DNA of 64,000 bases. Origin: Octopus vulgaris (Eukaryota). The translations under genes were made by a program, and so were the position numbers. How positions within the stretch are numbered: the stretch's first letter is position 1; every line of letters begins with the position of its first letter. Shown piece by piece: positions 12,650 through 26,467 of the stretch. The stretch spans positions 111,848,001 to 111,912,000 of the forward strand of contig OX597819.1 in the NCBI GenBank assembly GCA_951406725.2, written 5' to 3'. The notes below the pieces were generated by a model, which saw only the letters and a program-made list of their open reading frames with translations, had not been told where the DNA came from and did no database searches.

Positions 12650-13545
12650 TTCTTTGCTTGAATCATTAGACACCGGTTATGCTGGAGCACCGTCCTGGCT
12701 AATTCTTAGTCGAATGAATCGACCCGTTTATTTATATTTTTTAATCATGGTACTTATTCTATCGGTGTCTTCTGTCGAACTGCTAGGTTACAGGGGCATA
12801 AACACACCAACACTTGTTGTGAAACGCTGGTGGGAGACAAACACAGAGCCATAAAGACGCGCGCGCACACATGTATATATATATATTATTTCTTTATTGC
12901 CCACAAGGGGCTAAACATAGAGAGGACAAACAAGGATAGACAAACGGATTAAGTCGATTACATCGACCCCAGTGCGTAACTGGTACTTAATTTATCGACC
13001 CCGAAAGGATGAAAGGCAAAGTCGACCTCGGAGGAATTTGAACTCAGAACGTAATGGGAGACGAAGTACCGCTAAGCATTTCGCCCGGCGTGCTAACGTT
13101 TCTGCCAGCTCGTCATATATGTATATGTGTGTGTGTGATGGGTTTCGATTTCCAGACCGGGCGTTGTGTGTGTTTATTGAGCAAAATCACTTAGAAGTTC
13201 TACGAGGCTCCGGCAGGGGGGGGGGTGAACCCTGTTGTACTCTTTCACCACAGATTTCTCTCACTCTCTCTTCCTATTTCTTGAGTAATGCTGCGGTGAA
13301 GTGGCGTCCCGTCCAGCTGGGGGTAACACATACGACACAGAAACCGGGAAACCGGGCCCATGAGCCTGGTTAGGCGACGAATATATATGGCGAGCTTCTT
13401 TTAGTTTCCGTCTAGGAAATCGTCTCTCAAGTCTTTGGTCGGACCACAGCTACAGTAGAAGACACTTGCCCAAAGTGTCATGCAGTGGGACTGAACCCGG
13501 AACCAAATGGTTGGGAAGAAAGCTTCTTACCACACAGACACGCCT
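12650..13545 (-). mobile_element. SINE family B copy split by nested SINE A (12887-13112, -) and a V-domain-like SINE (13135-13375, +)
   Basis: 3' half at 12650-12860 and 5' half at 13385-13545; both insertions lie in its internal microsatellite. Confidence 0.8.
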
Positions 13546-13815
13546 GTATGTACTTATTCTAATTGTGAACAGGCGCAGCTATACTGAGAATTATTCAATG
13601 AAGTTGATGAATTTGAATAACTTTATATGTCGTGGAATGGGAAACAAAAATTCTGATATTTCATATAGAGAGAGCATTTCTTCAGTGTGTGAAACACTTT
13701 TCTATGGGATGTAAAATTTGATTTGACACTTCAACAAATTAACAATTTGAACAAATTAAAAAACTGTGCATTAGATCATTGTCGACAAATGCACACCATA
13801 ACTAGTTTTGCTTTA

Positions 13816-13860
<45 letters not shown>

Positions 13861-14439
13861 ACACACACACACACACACACACTTTCGTTTATTTATTTAT
13901 TTAGTTATTTATTATGTAAACTGCAGTCAACATCTCATCCCCGGAACCTTAGCTTTCCTGATAATGGAGTTATTCCACTGACATTCATTCGGTCCGTGAG
14001 AGATTGCTTATCTTTGTTTATAGAGAGACTTATCAAACACTAAAAAAAATGTCACTAAACTAACGCCACTATCAGGAAACTATTGATGATAAGAAAACTG
14101 CAATCTAAATCTTATTTACACTATACCCTCCAGTTTTTAGTACTTATATCGCAGTTCGTTCTCATTAATGTATATATATATATTACGGAGATGTACTTGC
14201 ATAGCAAGTGACCTGATCTGAGGTCGTGTGCTGGAGATGCAGCCCGGAATTTTGTCAGTGAACAGGTCGCGGTCTCAAAGCGACAAAAAAATTTTGACAA
14301 ATTAAATTAAAATGTTGAAGTGAATCTAACGGTTTTTTGTGTGTTTCTTAAAAGGCTTATAAACACCTTCCACGCTGCAATTGTTATATATATATATATA
14401 TATAGCTATATATTTGTGTATATATATATATATATATAT

Positions 14440-15025
14440 TCGTTCTTTCGTTCCTTCTCTCTCACATTTCTTCACCTTCTCTTCATGCTCACTTTCCCTC
14501 CTCTTTCACTTCACTGTGTCCCTTTCATTTTTCTCGCCTTTCCTTACTATCCCTCTGCCTCTACCTCTCTTTCTTCTCTCCCCACGTGACCGGTATTAGG
14601 CCACGCCTGACCTTTCTTGGTTCGACTACCATCTATATTCCTCCCTGTGCCTGTCTAATCCTATGTCCCTGCCGTAAGACTTTACTTCCACACACGCCAG
14701 CTTAATTTAATTCGTCCTTAGTCGAAAGACGCCCGTTGTTAATGTCCTGTTATTTGCATTTGTATTTGTGTACCATTTCTCCGTTTTTCCCGACCTTGTT
14801 TTCGTATACATTCGCTGCTTTCTTCCAAGGAATCTAGTGTTCTTAGCTTAGTTTTTCCTTGGGGCTGGCCAGATTGGAGCAATCGTGAGTATAACCAGCC
14901 GAAATTGCAAAGATAATCTGGAACTCGATTGAGGAAAGAAAACTGCGAATGAGCCGACCTTGCTTTCTTCGTATCGTCTGTTTTGTTGTCCTGTTTTTTA
15001 TCACCTGTCTGATCCTTTGCGTTCT
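14440..15025. mobile_element. Family P: (TA)n-associated pyrimidine-rich repeat, possibly a Penelope-like terminal repeat
   Basis: Collinear with 45063-45540 (gccagcttaatt.aattcgtccttagtcgaaagac; cttccaaggaatcta..g.tcttagcttagtttttccttg..gctggccagattggagcaatc). Confidence 0.7.
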
Positions 15026-15027
15026 TG

Positions 15028-15400
15028 CACCATGCTGGGGCACCGCCATTGTAATCATCTTTCCACTTTCCACCTTTGTCGGAACGGCTTCTGGTGAAGG
15101 ATCGAGTTCGATGCTACTGCCCTCTTTTGAGTTTCTTGCTTAGATATTGGCTCAAATGGGATCTCGGTGAGCCAGAGGTCGAGTTCACGTTTGAAAACGT
15201 CTACATCCACTCCATGGAGGCTCCTCAGATGCTTCGGCAGACAGTTAAACAGCTGTAGTCCCTTGAAACCCAAGCTATTGCAGTACATCATCCTTACTCG
15301 AGATGAAGCAGTCGGTACAATGGGGACAGTACAGTGAAATCCTGTTCGTGGTCTGGTATAGCTCTTTATTCCAAAGTCTGGTACCAGTCCTTCCAGTATC

Positions 15401-15457
<57 letters not shown>

Positions 15458-15535
15458 TGCATACCTCTCCCGCCTACGTTCCAGGGAATAGAGTCGCAGC
15501 TCTTTCAACCTGTCCCAGTAACTCAATCGTTCCAT
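15028..15535 (-). mobile_element. CR1-type LINE 3' end (ORF2 C-terminus), with (TA)n expansion
   Basis: LSYWDRLKELRLYSLERRRERY and NSLGFKGLQLFNCLPKHLR...VDVFKRELDLWL are typical CR1-clade ORF2 C-terminal motifs. Confidence 0.85.
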
Positions 15536-15747
15536 TGATGCAACTTCATAAATATATATATATATATATATTGGCCTGCTCGCTTAGCAAGCGGGGTGGC
15601 ATCATTTGAAGGCTAAAAGAATGCAAAGTGCATTGTGACCAGCGATGTGTACAACATCTGATAGCCTGGTCGGTCATGGTGATCACGGTGATATATATAT
15701 ATATATATATGAAAATGTGTTATATATATATATATGAAAATGTGTTT

Positions 15748-15779
<32 letters not shown>

Positions 15780-16181
15780 TACACATCTAAGCATGCGTGT
15801 GTGTATGTATATCATTATATATGCATATATTTGTGTGTGCGCGTGCGTGCGCCTTGCTAGTCAGCTTCAGAGGAGGAGATGGAGGAGGAGGAGGCAACAG
15901 TGACTAGAGTGGAAGAGATTTTGTGGAAGAGGAGAAAATATGTATTAATGCTTCAAGATTAAGGGATTATATCTGTTCGAATTACTTCAGGTGTGCATGT
16001 GCATATGTACACCCGCACAATACATACAAGAGGTGTTGTGTTACAGCATGTATATGTGTGTGTGCGTGTATGCATGTGAGTATAGAGTTTCTCGGGTGCC
16101 AAGAGTTTCGTGGCTACTGAGTTACATTTTTCCTGCGTGTACCACCAAGTCTTTATTTACTGGCATATATGTGTGTGTGTT

Positions 16182-16246
<65 letters not shown>

Positions 16247-16449
16247 ACATATATGTATATACACACGTACATATACACACTTATATTCTCTATGTGTGTA
16301 TAGTATGAAGCAAGCATGGTGTGTGGCTTTCCAAGGTTGCTCATTAGACAAAGTAAACTTTTCTTAGAGACCTTGGCAAATATATTTAATCTTATTGTTA
16401 GGATACTTGCCATATTGTATGGACAGAGAGACAGAGAGAGAAAAAACAG

Positions 16450-16502
<53 letters not shown>

Positions 16503-16863
16503 ACTGGCACACACGTATGCTCAAACATATGCACACACACCACTGAATTAACGTACATAACTGCAGGGTCAGCGTGTTAGTTAATCGGCTTAGTAATGCA
16601 GTAAAGCACATACCTACGTATGTATATGTATATATATATATATATATATACATATATATTCATGGGTAGATAAGTAAGTATAGAAATATGTAGGTTTATG
16701 AGAATGCCTGCGTGTGCGCGCATGCGTGTGTGTGCATGTGTTAGGATATGTATATATGGTGGACGGTATTAAATGCCAATACTAAACCGCTTTGGCTGCC
16801 ATCCTTTGCTAACCAGCACAAAGTACTTGAAAGTTTCAAATGATAGCTGTTTACTTAGGACAA

Positions 16864-16902
<39 letters not shown>

Positions 16903-17200
16903 TAGATATATACACACATACATACACATATACACACGCACACGCATGCACAAACAGCATGCATAAGCAAACAGCCAGACAAATAGATAGATACAGACGC
17001 GCAAATCGAAATCGATTTTCGGTCGTTATCGTGGTCTCATTCGAGGTGTCTACATTAATTGTCCAATCTCAGAGGAATTCGTTTATACACATATCAAATA
17101 TAGTTCTTTCACAGAACTACTAATTTGCGTACAATAAGTGCATAACTCCATCTAATATCAAAGAACTGAACCACACTGTCTCATTATATGGGTTAATAAA

Positions 17201-17958
17201 GGCGGCGAGCTGGCAGAAACGCTAGCACGCCAGGAGAAATGCTTAGCAGTATTTCGTCTGCCGTTACGTTCTGAGTTCAAATTCCGCCGAGGTCGACTTT
17301 GCCTTTCATCCGTTCGGGATCGATTAAATAAGTACCAGTTACGCACTGGGGTCGATATAATCGACTTAATCCATTTGTCTGTCTTTGTTTGTCCTCTCTG
17401 TGTTTAGCCCCTTGTAGGTAGTAAAAAAATAGAAATAGGCATTTCGTCGGCCGCTACGTTCTGAGATCAAATTCCGCCGAGGTCGACTTTGCCTTTCATC
17501 CTTTCGGGGTCGATTAAATAAGTACCAGTTACGCACTGGGTTCTACTTAATCCGTTTGTCTGTCCTTGTTTGTCCTCTCTGTGTTTAGCCCCTTGTAGGT
17601 AGTAAAAAAATAGAAATAGGCATTTCGTCTGCCGCTACGTTCTGAGTTCAAATTCCGCCGAGGTCAACTTTGAACTTTGCCTTTCATTCTTTCAGGGTCG
17701 ATTAAATAAGTACCAGTTACGCTCTGGAGTTGATATAATCGACTTAATCCGTTTGTCTGTCCTTGTTTGTCCCTTCTGTGTGTAGCCCCTTGTGGGCTGT
17801 AAAGAAATAGGTATTTCGTCTGACTTTACGTTCTGAGCTCAAATTCCCCCGAGGTTGACCTTGCCTTTCATCCTTTCGGGGTCGATAAATTAAGCACCAG
17901 TTGTGTACTGCGGTCGATCCAAAAAATTCGGGCCTTGTGCATAGAGTAGAAAAGATTA
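17201..17958 (+). mobile_element. SINE family A tetramer (head-core-tailT x3 - core-tailR)
   Basis: Unit junctions at ~17438, 17619 and 17810 (gaaata|ggtatttcg); TSD attatatgg(g/t)ttaata at 17183-17198 and 17956-17971. Confidence 0.92.
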
Positions 17959-18739
17959 TATGGTTTAATATATACGTAAACCTACGTCGTAGGCTTACAT
18001 ATATTATATCATTTTTTTCAAATTTACCTATTTTTCTGTTGATTGAAAACGTAATGAACTTAAATATAGAGACACACAAATACACAGACATACACACATG
18101 CTGAATGGCAACTCACTTCGCAGTCATAACTTCCCGAATTCGATCCCACTATGTGACATTTTGATTAAATATCGTTTTGTCCTGGGCAGAACAAAACAGT
18201 ATAAAAACTCGTAGGGTGGATTAAACCAATAATTCAAATACAGTTTCGTCACACAACGTGTCATAAGGACTGTGAATGTGAATTATGTTAATGGTATATA
18301 AGCGCATGTGGAATATTCAGCCACTTAGATGCCAATACAATGACAGAGATCCACGTAGTTGTGTGTGTGGTGTGGTGAAGCAGAGTAAGTGTTATTATTT
18401 GACTACAGTTTTTTGGGGATTTCTCAGATATAGGACAGACAATTATGTTTTGTGTGACTCTGAATATTAATAATGTTTCTAAATCTGATATTGGGTTGTT
18501 ATCGTTGAACTCCTTAAAAATACGCCTTGACTAGCATTCTCATTCATTCTGAGACCAATTTAGAACCACTAATATAATTTTGTCATATTTTATCCTGAGC
18601 TTTAGGATATTACCATAAATTTAGCAAATGAAAATGAATGTGTTCTACAAATCCATTTAGTCGAAACAATCTGTGTTTGTGTGCCAGGCATATATGTGCC
18701 AGATACATATGCACAGAAACAGAAGCAGATGTGTGTGTG

Positions 18740-18861
<122 letters not shown>

Positions 18862-18898
18862 TATATATAAGATTCTGAATCTTTGCGACAATATTACC

Positions 18899-19262
18899 TT
18901 TAATCTAATCAACATATCCTTGGCCTGAAGAGTAGCCGGAGATATACACCTCACTTCGATTTTACCAATTCTGAGATTCCACTTGCTATGGAACATATGT
19001 AGCCCGGATTTCCCATTCTCCATTCAGTAACTCTTGTATATATATATGAAAATATGTAACATATGGTGTAATTATAAGCAGGGAAACTTTCAACCATTTC
19101 TCTGTAGACTGAAAAAAAAATAATGAACAATCTTAATCGATTTTTCAACCTTATTGGGTTCTCATCAGATGCCTCTACATCATTCTGACGGTCTTCAGAG
19201 AAACAAGCAGCCAAACTGTTTATATACTCAACAAATGCAGCTGTTACTCTATGAAAGAGTTC
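18899..19262 (-). other. Candidate coding exon or pseudo-exon of an unidentified gene
   Basis: AG acceptor at 19263-19264, then 103 open codons of non-repetitive sequence (ELFHRVTAAFVEYINSLAACFSED...). One extra A in an A4 run would extend it to a GT donor (aag|gtaata) at 18898. Confidence 0.3.
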
Positions 19263-19307
19263 CTAATATGCATACCGAAAGTGATACACACACATCATAC
19301 ACAATAC

Positions 19308-19351
<44 letters not shown>

Positions 19352-19429
19352 AATAAATAAAACATATGCATATATACATACATATATGTACGTACCTACC
19401 TCTACATGTATATATACATGCATATATGG

Positions 19430-19592
19430 GTACAGGACACAAAAAAAAACGTCGAACACAATGAGAAACGAAAACATAAACACAAAAACAAGGAAATGGA
19501 CATTTTTTAAACAACGAAAAAATAGAGTACAGGACATACAAAACAAGGAAAATTCCCCTTCTTCAGTCGCCTTAGATTCATCTACTCCGCGT
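19430..19592. mobile_element. Probable Penelope-like terminal-repeat fragment
   Basis: A-rich tract next to (TA)n ending in ccccttcttcagtc (minus strand CTGAAGAAGGGG, a half hammerhead core). Inference only. Confidence 0.35.
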
Positions 19593-19917
19593 AGGGGTTT
19601 GTATGATTGTCTATAGAGGGATATATATTATTCAAAGGAATTCCAACTCTGTTTTTTATGTTTTATTTATATTCTTTAAATATTAATGTAGAATATAGAA
19701 TATATAGTATATATAGTAAAACGAAATGAAGTATTGATTGTCTTATTGAATAGATGAAATATTGAACATCAAATGTTAAGGGACTAGTATACTTTCTTGC
19801 ATTAAAGCAGTCTTCAAGGTCCCTGGTTGTGACAGGAGTGTTTCAACATATTCAACATATATACATATGTATATGTATATATGCATATATATGCATATAT
19901 ATATAAATATATATGTA

Positions 19918-19960
<43 letters not shown>

Positions 19961-21017
19961 CATACAGACAGACAGAGAGAGAGACACACACACACAGGGG
20001 TGGGGATGATAAAAAATATGCACCGTCTACCATTTGTTACCTACGCACTTTACGCCATTGTGGCTATTTGCAGCTTCTGCACCAGGTGCATTTGGATGCA
20101 GATCCACCATGGTTGCTCCGAGTAAGTCTTTCTATACATCATGTGAACATACATGTAAACATAGAACAAATGCATTTATTTACTCTGTATATCATAACCG
20201 GTAATACTAACAAGTGCAGTAATTAAACCACTCTAAATTACTAGAAGTAAACTCTTTTGGAGCGCTTCAAACTGTGTACTCACATAAACTATTAATTTGC
20301 ATGCTATAAGTGTTTAACTCTTTATCTAATGTCAGAGAACTGTCAACGGGGAACTCGATCCACACAATCTCATTATAGGATTTAATATATGTAAACGTAC
20401 GTCGTTGGCTTACATATATTATTATATTATACGTGTCAAATATACTTATTTCGCAGCAGATTGGACAGCCTTAAATATATACATGCGCACATATATGTGT
20501 GTGTGTGTGTGTGTAAGTGTGTGTGTGTGCGCCAAATCGTTTATCTTTTATCTTTTACTTGCTTCACCCATTAGACTGCGGCCATGCTGGGGCATTACTT
20601 TGAACGAATCGACCCGAGTTCTTGATTCTTGTTTTTGCTTTCGTTTTTGAAGCTGGTGCTAATTCCATCGGTCTCTTTTGCCGAACCGCTAATTTATGGG
20701 GACGAAACAGACCAACACCGATTACCAAGCTATGAAGGCGGAAAAATACAAAGACACACACCTACACACAAACACACATACATACATACATACATAATAC
20801 ATACACATATACACACATACATACATACATACATACATACACACATATACACATACATGCATACACACATACATACATACATACATAATACATACACATA
20901 TACACACATACATACATACATACATACATACATACATACACACATATACACATACATGCATACACACAAACGCACACATACATACATACATACATACATA
21001 CATACATACATACATAC

Positions 21018-21062
<45 letters not shown>

Positions 21063-21717
21063 TATACATTCCTTCGTGTTCTAGACGAGTATGCGCCAGA
21101 CATACAAGAAGGATGTATGACTGTAACAGCCGTATGTGTCACATATACAAATCAAACATCTAAACATTAGGTAAATACCAGATTGAAATAACTGCAAGAG
21201 AACTCTACTTCGTACAACGGTGTGCCAATGTAAGAAATCAATATTATCAATACACCAAAATCGATAGCTTTACATCAGCCTTGGAAAAGTGTGATTTTGT
21301 GACATACAAAACACACACACACACACACACACATTTCCTCTTATCTCTCATTCGCTAATTTCATTCATTCTCATTCTCATTCTCATTCTCGCGCTCTTTC
21401 TTACTACTCTTTCTGTGTCTCTCTCGTCCTATCTCTTCCTATCTCTTATCCACGATCTTTCTCTTATTCTCTTTCTCTCTGGCTCTTTCACTCTTCTTCT
21501 TCTTCTTCACCGCTTTCTCTCTCTCTCTCTCCAGCCCCTCTCTCTCGCTCTCACTCTCACCCTCTCTCTCAAATAAATGCGCAAGAAATGAGTTCCGACC
21601 TCTTTCTGTTGAGGGCCCTCTTAAAAAATATTTTTCCACGTTGGCTCACATCGTAAAAACATCCAAAATACTGTGAGTGAACTGAAAACACGTTCAACCA
21701 ATAATAATAATAATAAC

Positions 21718-21765
<48 letters not shown>

Positions 21766-21803
21766 TATAATAATAATAATAATAACGATAATTATAATGC
21801 TGC

Positions 21804-21844
<41 letters not shown>

Positions 21845-21984
21845 ATGGTCGCTCCCGTTGATTTCAACGTATGAGTCGTTGAAGGAGAGGATTTAAAGTT
21901 AAAGACAGTAGTAAAAACGAGAGAGAGAGAGTGAAAGAGGTAATTTAAACAAAAAAAAAAAAGAAAACTCTAAGAAGCTGCATC

Positions 21985-23140
21985 TACTTGCAATGGATAC
22001 GTGAATGTAATTTGAGTCCAGGAATGGATTTTGCTATGAAGTCGCAATGGGGACATCCAGGATTTTGACTTTACCTGGGATTGGATAAGTGTGTCTGTTG
22101 GTTGCTGGATATTGTTCTTCTATTGTTCTATTTCCTCAACTCAAATTGTCTGGATGCATCATGACACATTTAGCGCCATGCATATCAATCTAGGCAATGA
22201 CTTTCCCCAAGATGTCAAGCTAAGCTGTAGAGATTTTACTGATTGTTTCAACTTATCCTTATATCTAAGGAAAGGTCTTCCTTTACCACGGTAACCCTCC
22301 ACTTCTTGGCCATACAAAATAATTTTGGGAATGTGGTCATTCTTCATTCGAACAACATGTCCTATCCATCAGCGCTGAATTCTCACCAGCATGCTTTGGA
22401 TACTGGAGATATCACATTTTTTTAAGATTTTGACATTAGATATCTTATATTGCCATTTTATGTTGTATATATTACGCAAACAGCATGTGGAAAATTTCAA
22501 GTTTCTTTATATGTCTGAAGTAAGGAGTCCCTGCTTCTGCCCTATACAAAACTGTGCTCAAAATACAAGATTTACTTACTTTAGTTTTCAGTCTGACACC
22601 GTGTTCATCCCACAAACGATGGGAAAGTTTTTCAAAAGCACTTGTAGCGTTAGATATTCTAACATTGATTTAATCATCAAGAGTACCCTTAAAGTTTACT
22701 GTACTTCCAAGATACTTAAGTGGCATTCGAGTAGCTTGTTGTCTACTATCACGTTTGAATCTTGAGTATGTCATGCCCCCGACCTTGGATGGAATAAAAC
22801 TACAGTCTTCTTAATGCTGGTAGTCAGTCTAAAAGCACGAGCTACCGCAGCAAACTTGTCAACAGTTTCCTAAATTTCCTCAAATGCATGAGAGATCAAA
22901 GCGCAATAATCAGCAGACAGAAAGTCATGTCGGATCTCTTCTTTGGTCTTTTTCTTTGATCTGAAACTTTACCCTTTGAGGTTTAGTAGGCCACCATCTG
23001 TGCGAAACTGTAATTTTACGCCATGGTAATCCTTGAAAACATTTTAGAACATCATTGAAAAGAATATGGAAAAAAAGTGCAGGGGTTAAAAACACATCCC
23101 TGTTTGGTTACAGTGGCAACAGAAAATGCCTCTGAACATT
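21985..23140 (-). mobile_element. RTE (Bov-B-like) LINE ORF2 fragment, RT domain to C-terminus
   Basis: KQGCV, LFSIFFSMM, FRTDGGLLNL, LSADYCAL (degenerate FADD), WIGHVVRMKNDHIPKIILYG...GRPFLRYKDKLK; many stops. Confidence 0.9.
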
Positions 23141-23173
23141 GACTACTTCTACTACTACTACTACTACTAACTA

Positions 23174-23262
<89 letters not shown>

Positions 23263-23264
<2 letters not shown>

Positions 23265-23640
23265 CCCTGATGCAGGACCTGGCAGTGGCTCTCGTGGCTT
23301 CTGATCTAAACCGATGGGGAGTGTTAACGTGTACATGTTTAGTCTTGGTGAAGAAGGTGGGCTACAGCAAATATTCTACTCAGTACCATAGATTTCATTG
23401 TCAGTTGTTTGACCTTAACCAGTTGAGCACGTCCCTTGGTGGCTGACGATATGTGCATCTCTGATCACGAGCGAGAGTATTGGAGGAGTATTGTAGCCAT
23501 GTATTGAGATAGATTCTTTGGGATTTGAATAATTTACATCTGGAAACATGGGTGTTTCGTTCATCATCCTTATTCAAGGACCTTTTCAGTGGGATGGACT
23601 ACTCGACCCGAAGAAAATTATAACTGGGCCCCACCTGCAA
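23263..23640 (+). mobile_element. Family C element, truncated at one end
   Basis: Begins (AAT)n-tgccctgatgcag exactly as at 63418; collinear to gggccccacctgcaa. Confidence 0.88.
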
Positions 23641-23672
23641 TTTCATGCAGGTAACCAATAACGCGTGCATGT

Positions 23673-23740
<68 letters not shown>

Positions 23741-24151
23741 ACGTCCCTGTAACTTAGCGGTTTGGCAAAAGAAATCGATAGCTCAATTTTTAAAAAGAGT
23801 ACTGGGGTCGATTCTTCTGAATAAAAATTCTTCAAGGTGGTGCCCCAGCATGGCCGCAGTCTAGTGACAGAAACAAGTAAAAGATAACAGATTTGATGAT
23901 ATATTAATTAATTTCGCACAACACTAAACTGGATAATCTGAAATTTAAAGTAGGCATATCGACAGTTTTTAGATCTTCAGACTCGCTAGGAAATATAAAC
24001 AAATAAAAATTAAGTATTTTTATCTGCCCAGTAACAAGAAAATATTGGGCATAACCCAACTAGTTTCACCCCTAAATTATCCACTCAACGCCTTGTTGTG
24101 CATAATTAATTAAGCACGTTACCAACGAATTCATGATTTTATGATTAAGAC

Positions 24152-24740
24152 CAGTGGGGCTAAACCGGGGTCCATATAGCCCTTAGGGGTCTATATGGCC
24201 CTTACGGGTCTATAAGTTCCTTCGGGGATCCATATAGCCCTTAAGGGTCCACATAAGATTTTGTTGTTAAAATTTATCTACTATGAATTGGTTATACATC
24301 TACAATACAGAAAATATTTTTAGGGGTTTTTTTTTATATAGCTTCTAATAAAATTTAATTCTTTTACTTATTTACTCTTTTACTTGTTTCAGTCATTTGA
24401 CTGCGGCCATGCTGGAGCACCGCCTTTTAGTCGAGCAAATCGACCCCGGGACTTATTCTTTGGAAGCCTAGTACTTATTCTATCGGTCTTTTTTGCCGAA
24501 CCGCTAAGTTACGGGGACGTAAACACACCAGCATCGGTTGTCAAGCAATGTTGGAGGACAAACACAGACACACAAACATATACATACACATACATCTTTT
24601 TTTCTCTCCTTGTTGCTTTCTGTGGAAGAGCGTAGGCTCGAAACGTAAAAAGCTTTTTCAATTCCCGAGCGTTATACTAATACATCTGTTTGTTTTCTAC
24701 GCCACCTGTCTTCGTCTTTTGTTTATTTCGTGAATTCTAC

Positions 24741-24811
<71 letters not shown>

Positions 24812-25108
24812 TACGACGGGCTTCTTTTAGTTTCCGTCCACCAAATCCACTCACAAGGCCTTTGGTCGGACCGAGACTATAGTAGAAGTCACTTTCCCAA
24901 GGTGCCTCGCAGTGGGAATGAAACCGGAACCATGTGGTCGGTAAGCAAGCTACTTACAACGCATCCACTCCTGCACCTATTTGTAAAAATATTATAGAAT
25001 TGTAAAAATATTATAGAATTTTTTAAACAGTAAATGGCTATAAGGGTCCACCGGAATAAAATAGGAATCAAAGGGGTCCATAGGTTAAAATATGATTGAG
25101 AAACCCTG
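24152..25108. mobile_element. hAT-type MITE with ~20-bp internal tandem repeats, hosting nested SINE B (24365-24978)
   Basis: Ends CAGTGG...TTGAGAAACCCTG; 8-bp TSD-like attaagac/attttgac; ggggtccatatagcccctta repeated at ~24167-24250. Confidence 0.7.
24615..24653 (+). ncRNA. Minimal type-I hammerhead ribozyme motif (variant core CUGUGGA)
   Basis: GCTTT-CTGTGGA-A-GAGC-GTAG-GCTC-GAAA-C-GTA-AAAAGC; inside a ~150-bp (TA)n-tailed element (24596-24745). Confidence 0.6.
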
Positions 25109-26107
25109 ATTTTGACAGACACTTTCTATTGAATCCTGAGCTGTATTTGACATAACTAGCTGCCAAAACCTAGAAATAATATATTTAGACAGATTCCATG
25201 CAATAATTATACATATTTCAGTCTAATTTTAAATAGTGAGTGTTCCTTCTTTCGTTTTGTAACACGTCTTAGGCCATCCCTTTCATTTTCACTGTCTCTG
25301 AATCAGCAACCCTACCAAACCAGCAAGGTAAGGAGGATGGATTTTGTTGGATCCCCTGTCGAAAGGTGTGAATGAACTCAGGCAGAGCTGCCATCCAACA
25401 GCTGTGAGTGAAAGACCACTAGTTTTTGTTTAGACATCTCACTATAACAAAGGAAAATTATGATGTAACATCTGTGATTTCGTTTGCATCCAGTGATATA
25501 GACTAGTTCTTTTTGTAAGGTTGTCCCTTTGCAAGACCGTTCCTCACTTTACAAAGCTGCATGCGCGAGTATCACTTGATTTTTAACATCTCAATTATGT
25601 GTTGCATAATATAGCTGAGCATAGTCAAAGAGGCAAAACAATGAAAAATCCCATAATGGAATGAAGACATGTATCAGTGTGAACAGTAATCATTGAACAC
25701 TTAATGCAAGAGACACCCGGCGTTGCCATGAAAACCTACATCTATTCTACCTTAAGAGAATAATCAAGCAATGGCATTAACCGAAATCGAGTTGTAGCCA
25801 CCATACATACATTCATGCATACATACATATATGCATACACACATACACACATGCATACATGCATACATGCATACATACATACATACATACATGCATACAT
25901 GCATACATACATACATGCATACATGCATACATACATGCATACATACATGCATACATACATATACAAACATAGATAATGTCATGTCTAGACATGCAGCTAT
26001 ATGCATGAGAATACATACGTAAAATAGAGCATACAAATCTACACATACATACATACATACATACATACATACATACATACATACATACATACATACATAC
26101 ATACATG

Positions 26108-26139
<32 letters not shown>

Positions 26140-26140
26140 C

Positions 26141-26467
26141 AATGCTTGAATACTAATCTTGAGAAATTAGGCTTCTCAAAACCAGAAAGGAGAAAGCTAA
26201 TTCGAAGACTACAGATCCATTCCATCACTGGGACTGTAAAAATCTGTAAAATTGTTCAGGTTTTTATCATTTAAATATATATGCATCAATATGCATGAGA
26301 ATACGTACATGAAACAAATACAAATCTACACATAAACATACATATACACATACAAAAATACCCTGTTATTGATGTTAAAATTCCAATGAAGGAGCCTTGG
26401 ATCTAGGTTAGAAACCGGCTCTTTCTCTATTAGCAAAAAACTCTTGAAATAAAACTGAATAATGACA
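26141..26467 (+). mobile_element. RLE-type non-LTR retrotransposon 3' end in (CATA)n
   Basis: CLNTNLEKLGFSKPERRKLIRRLQIHSITGTVKICK* plus 3' UTR; homologous to 43925-44274; (CATA)n on both sides. Confidence 0.75.

Noticed and set aside
12972-13373. Recurrent peptide RNWYL..RPRKDERQSRPRRNLNSERN suggesting a gene family
   Set aside because: It is the antisense translation of SINE family A.
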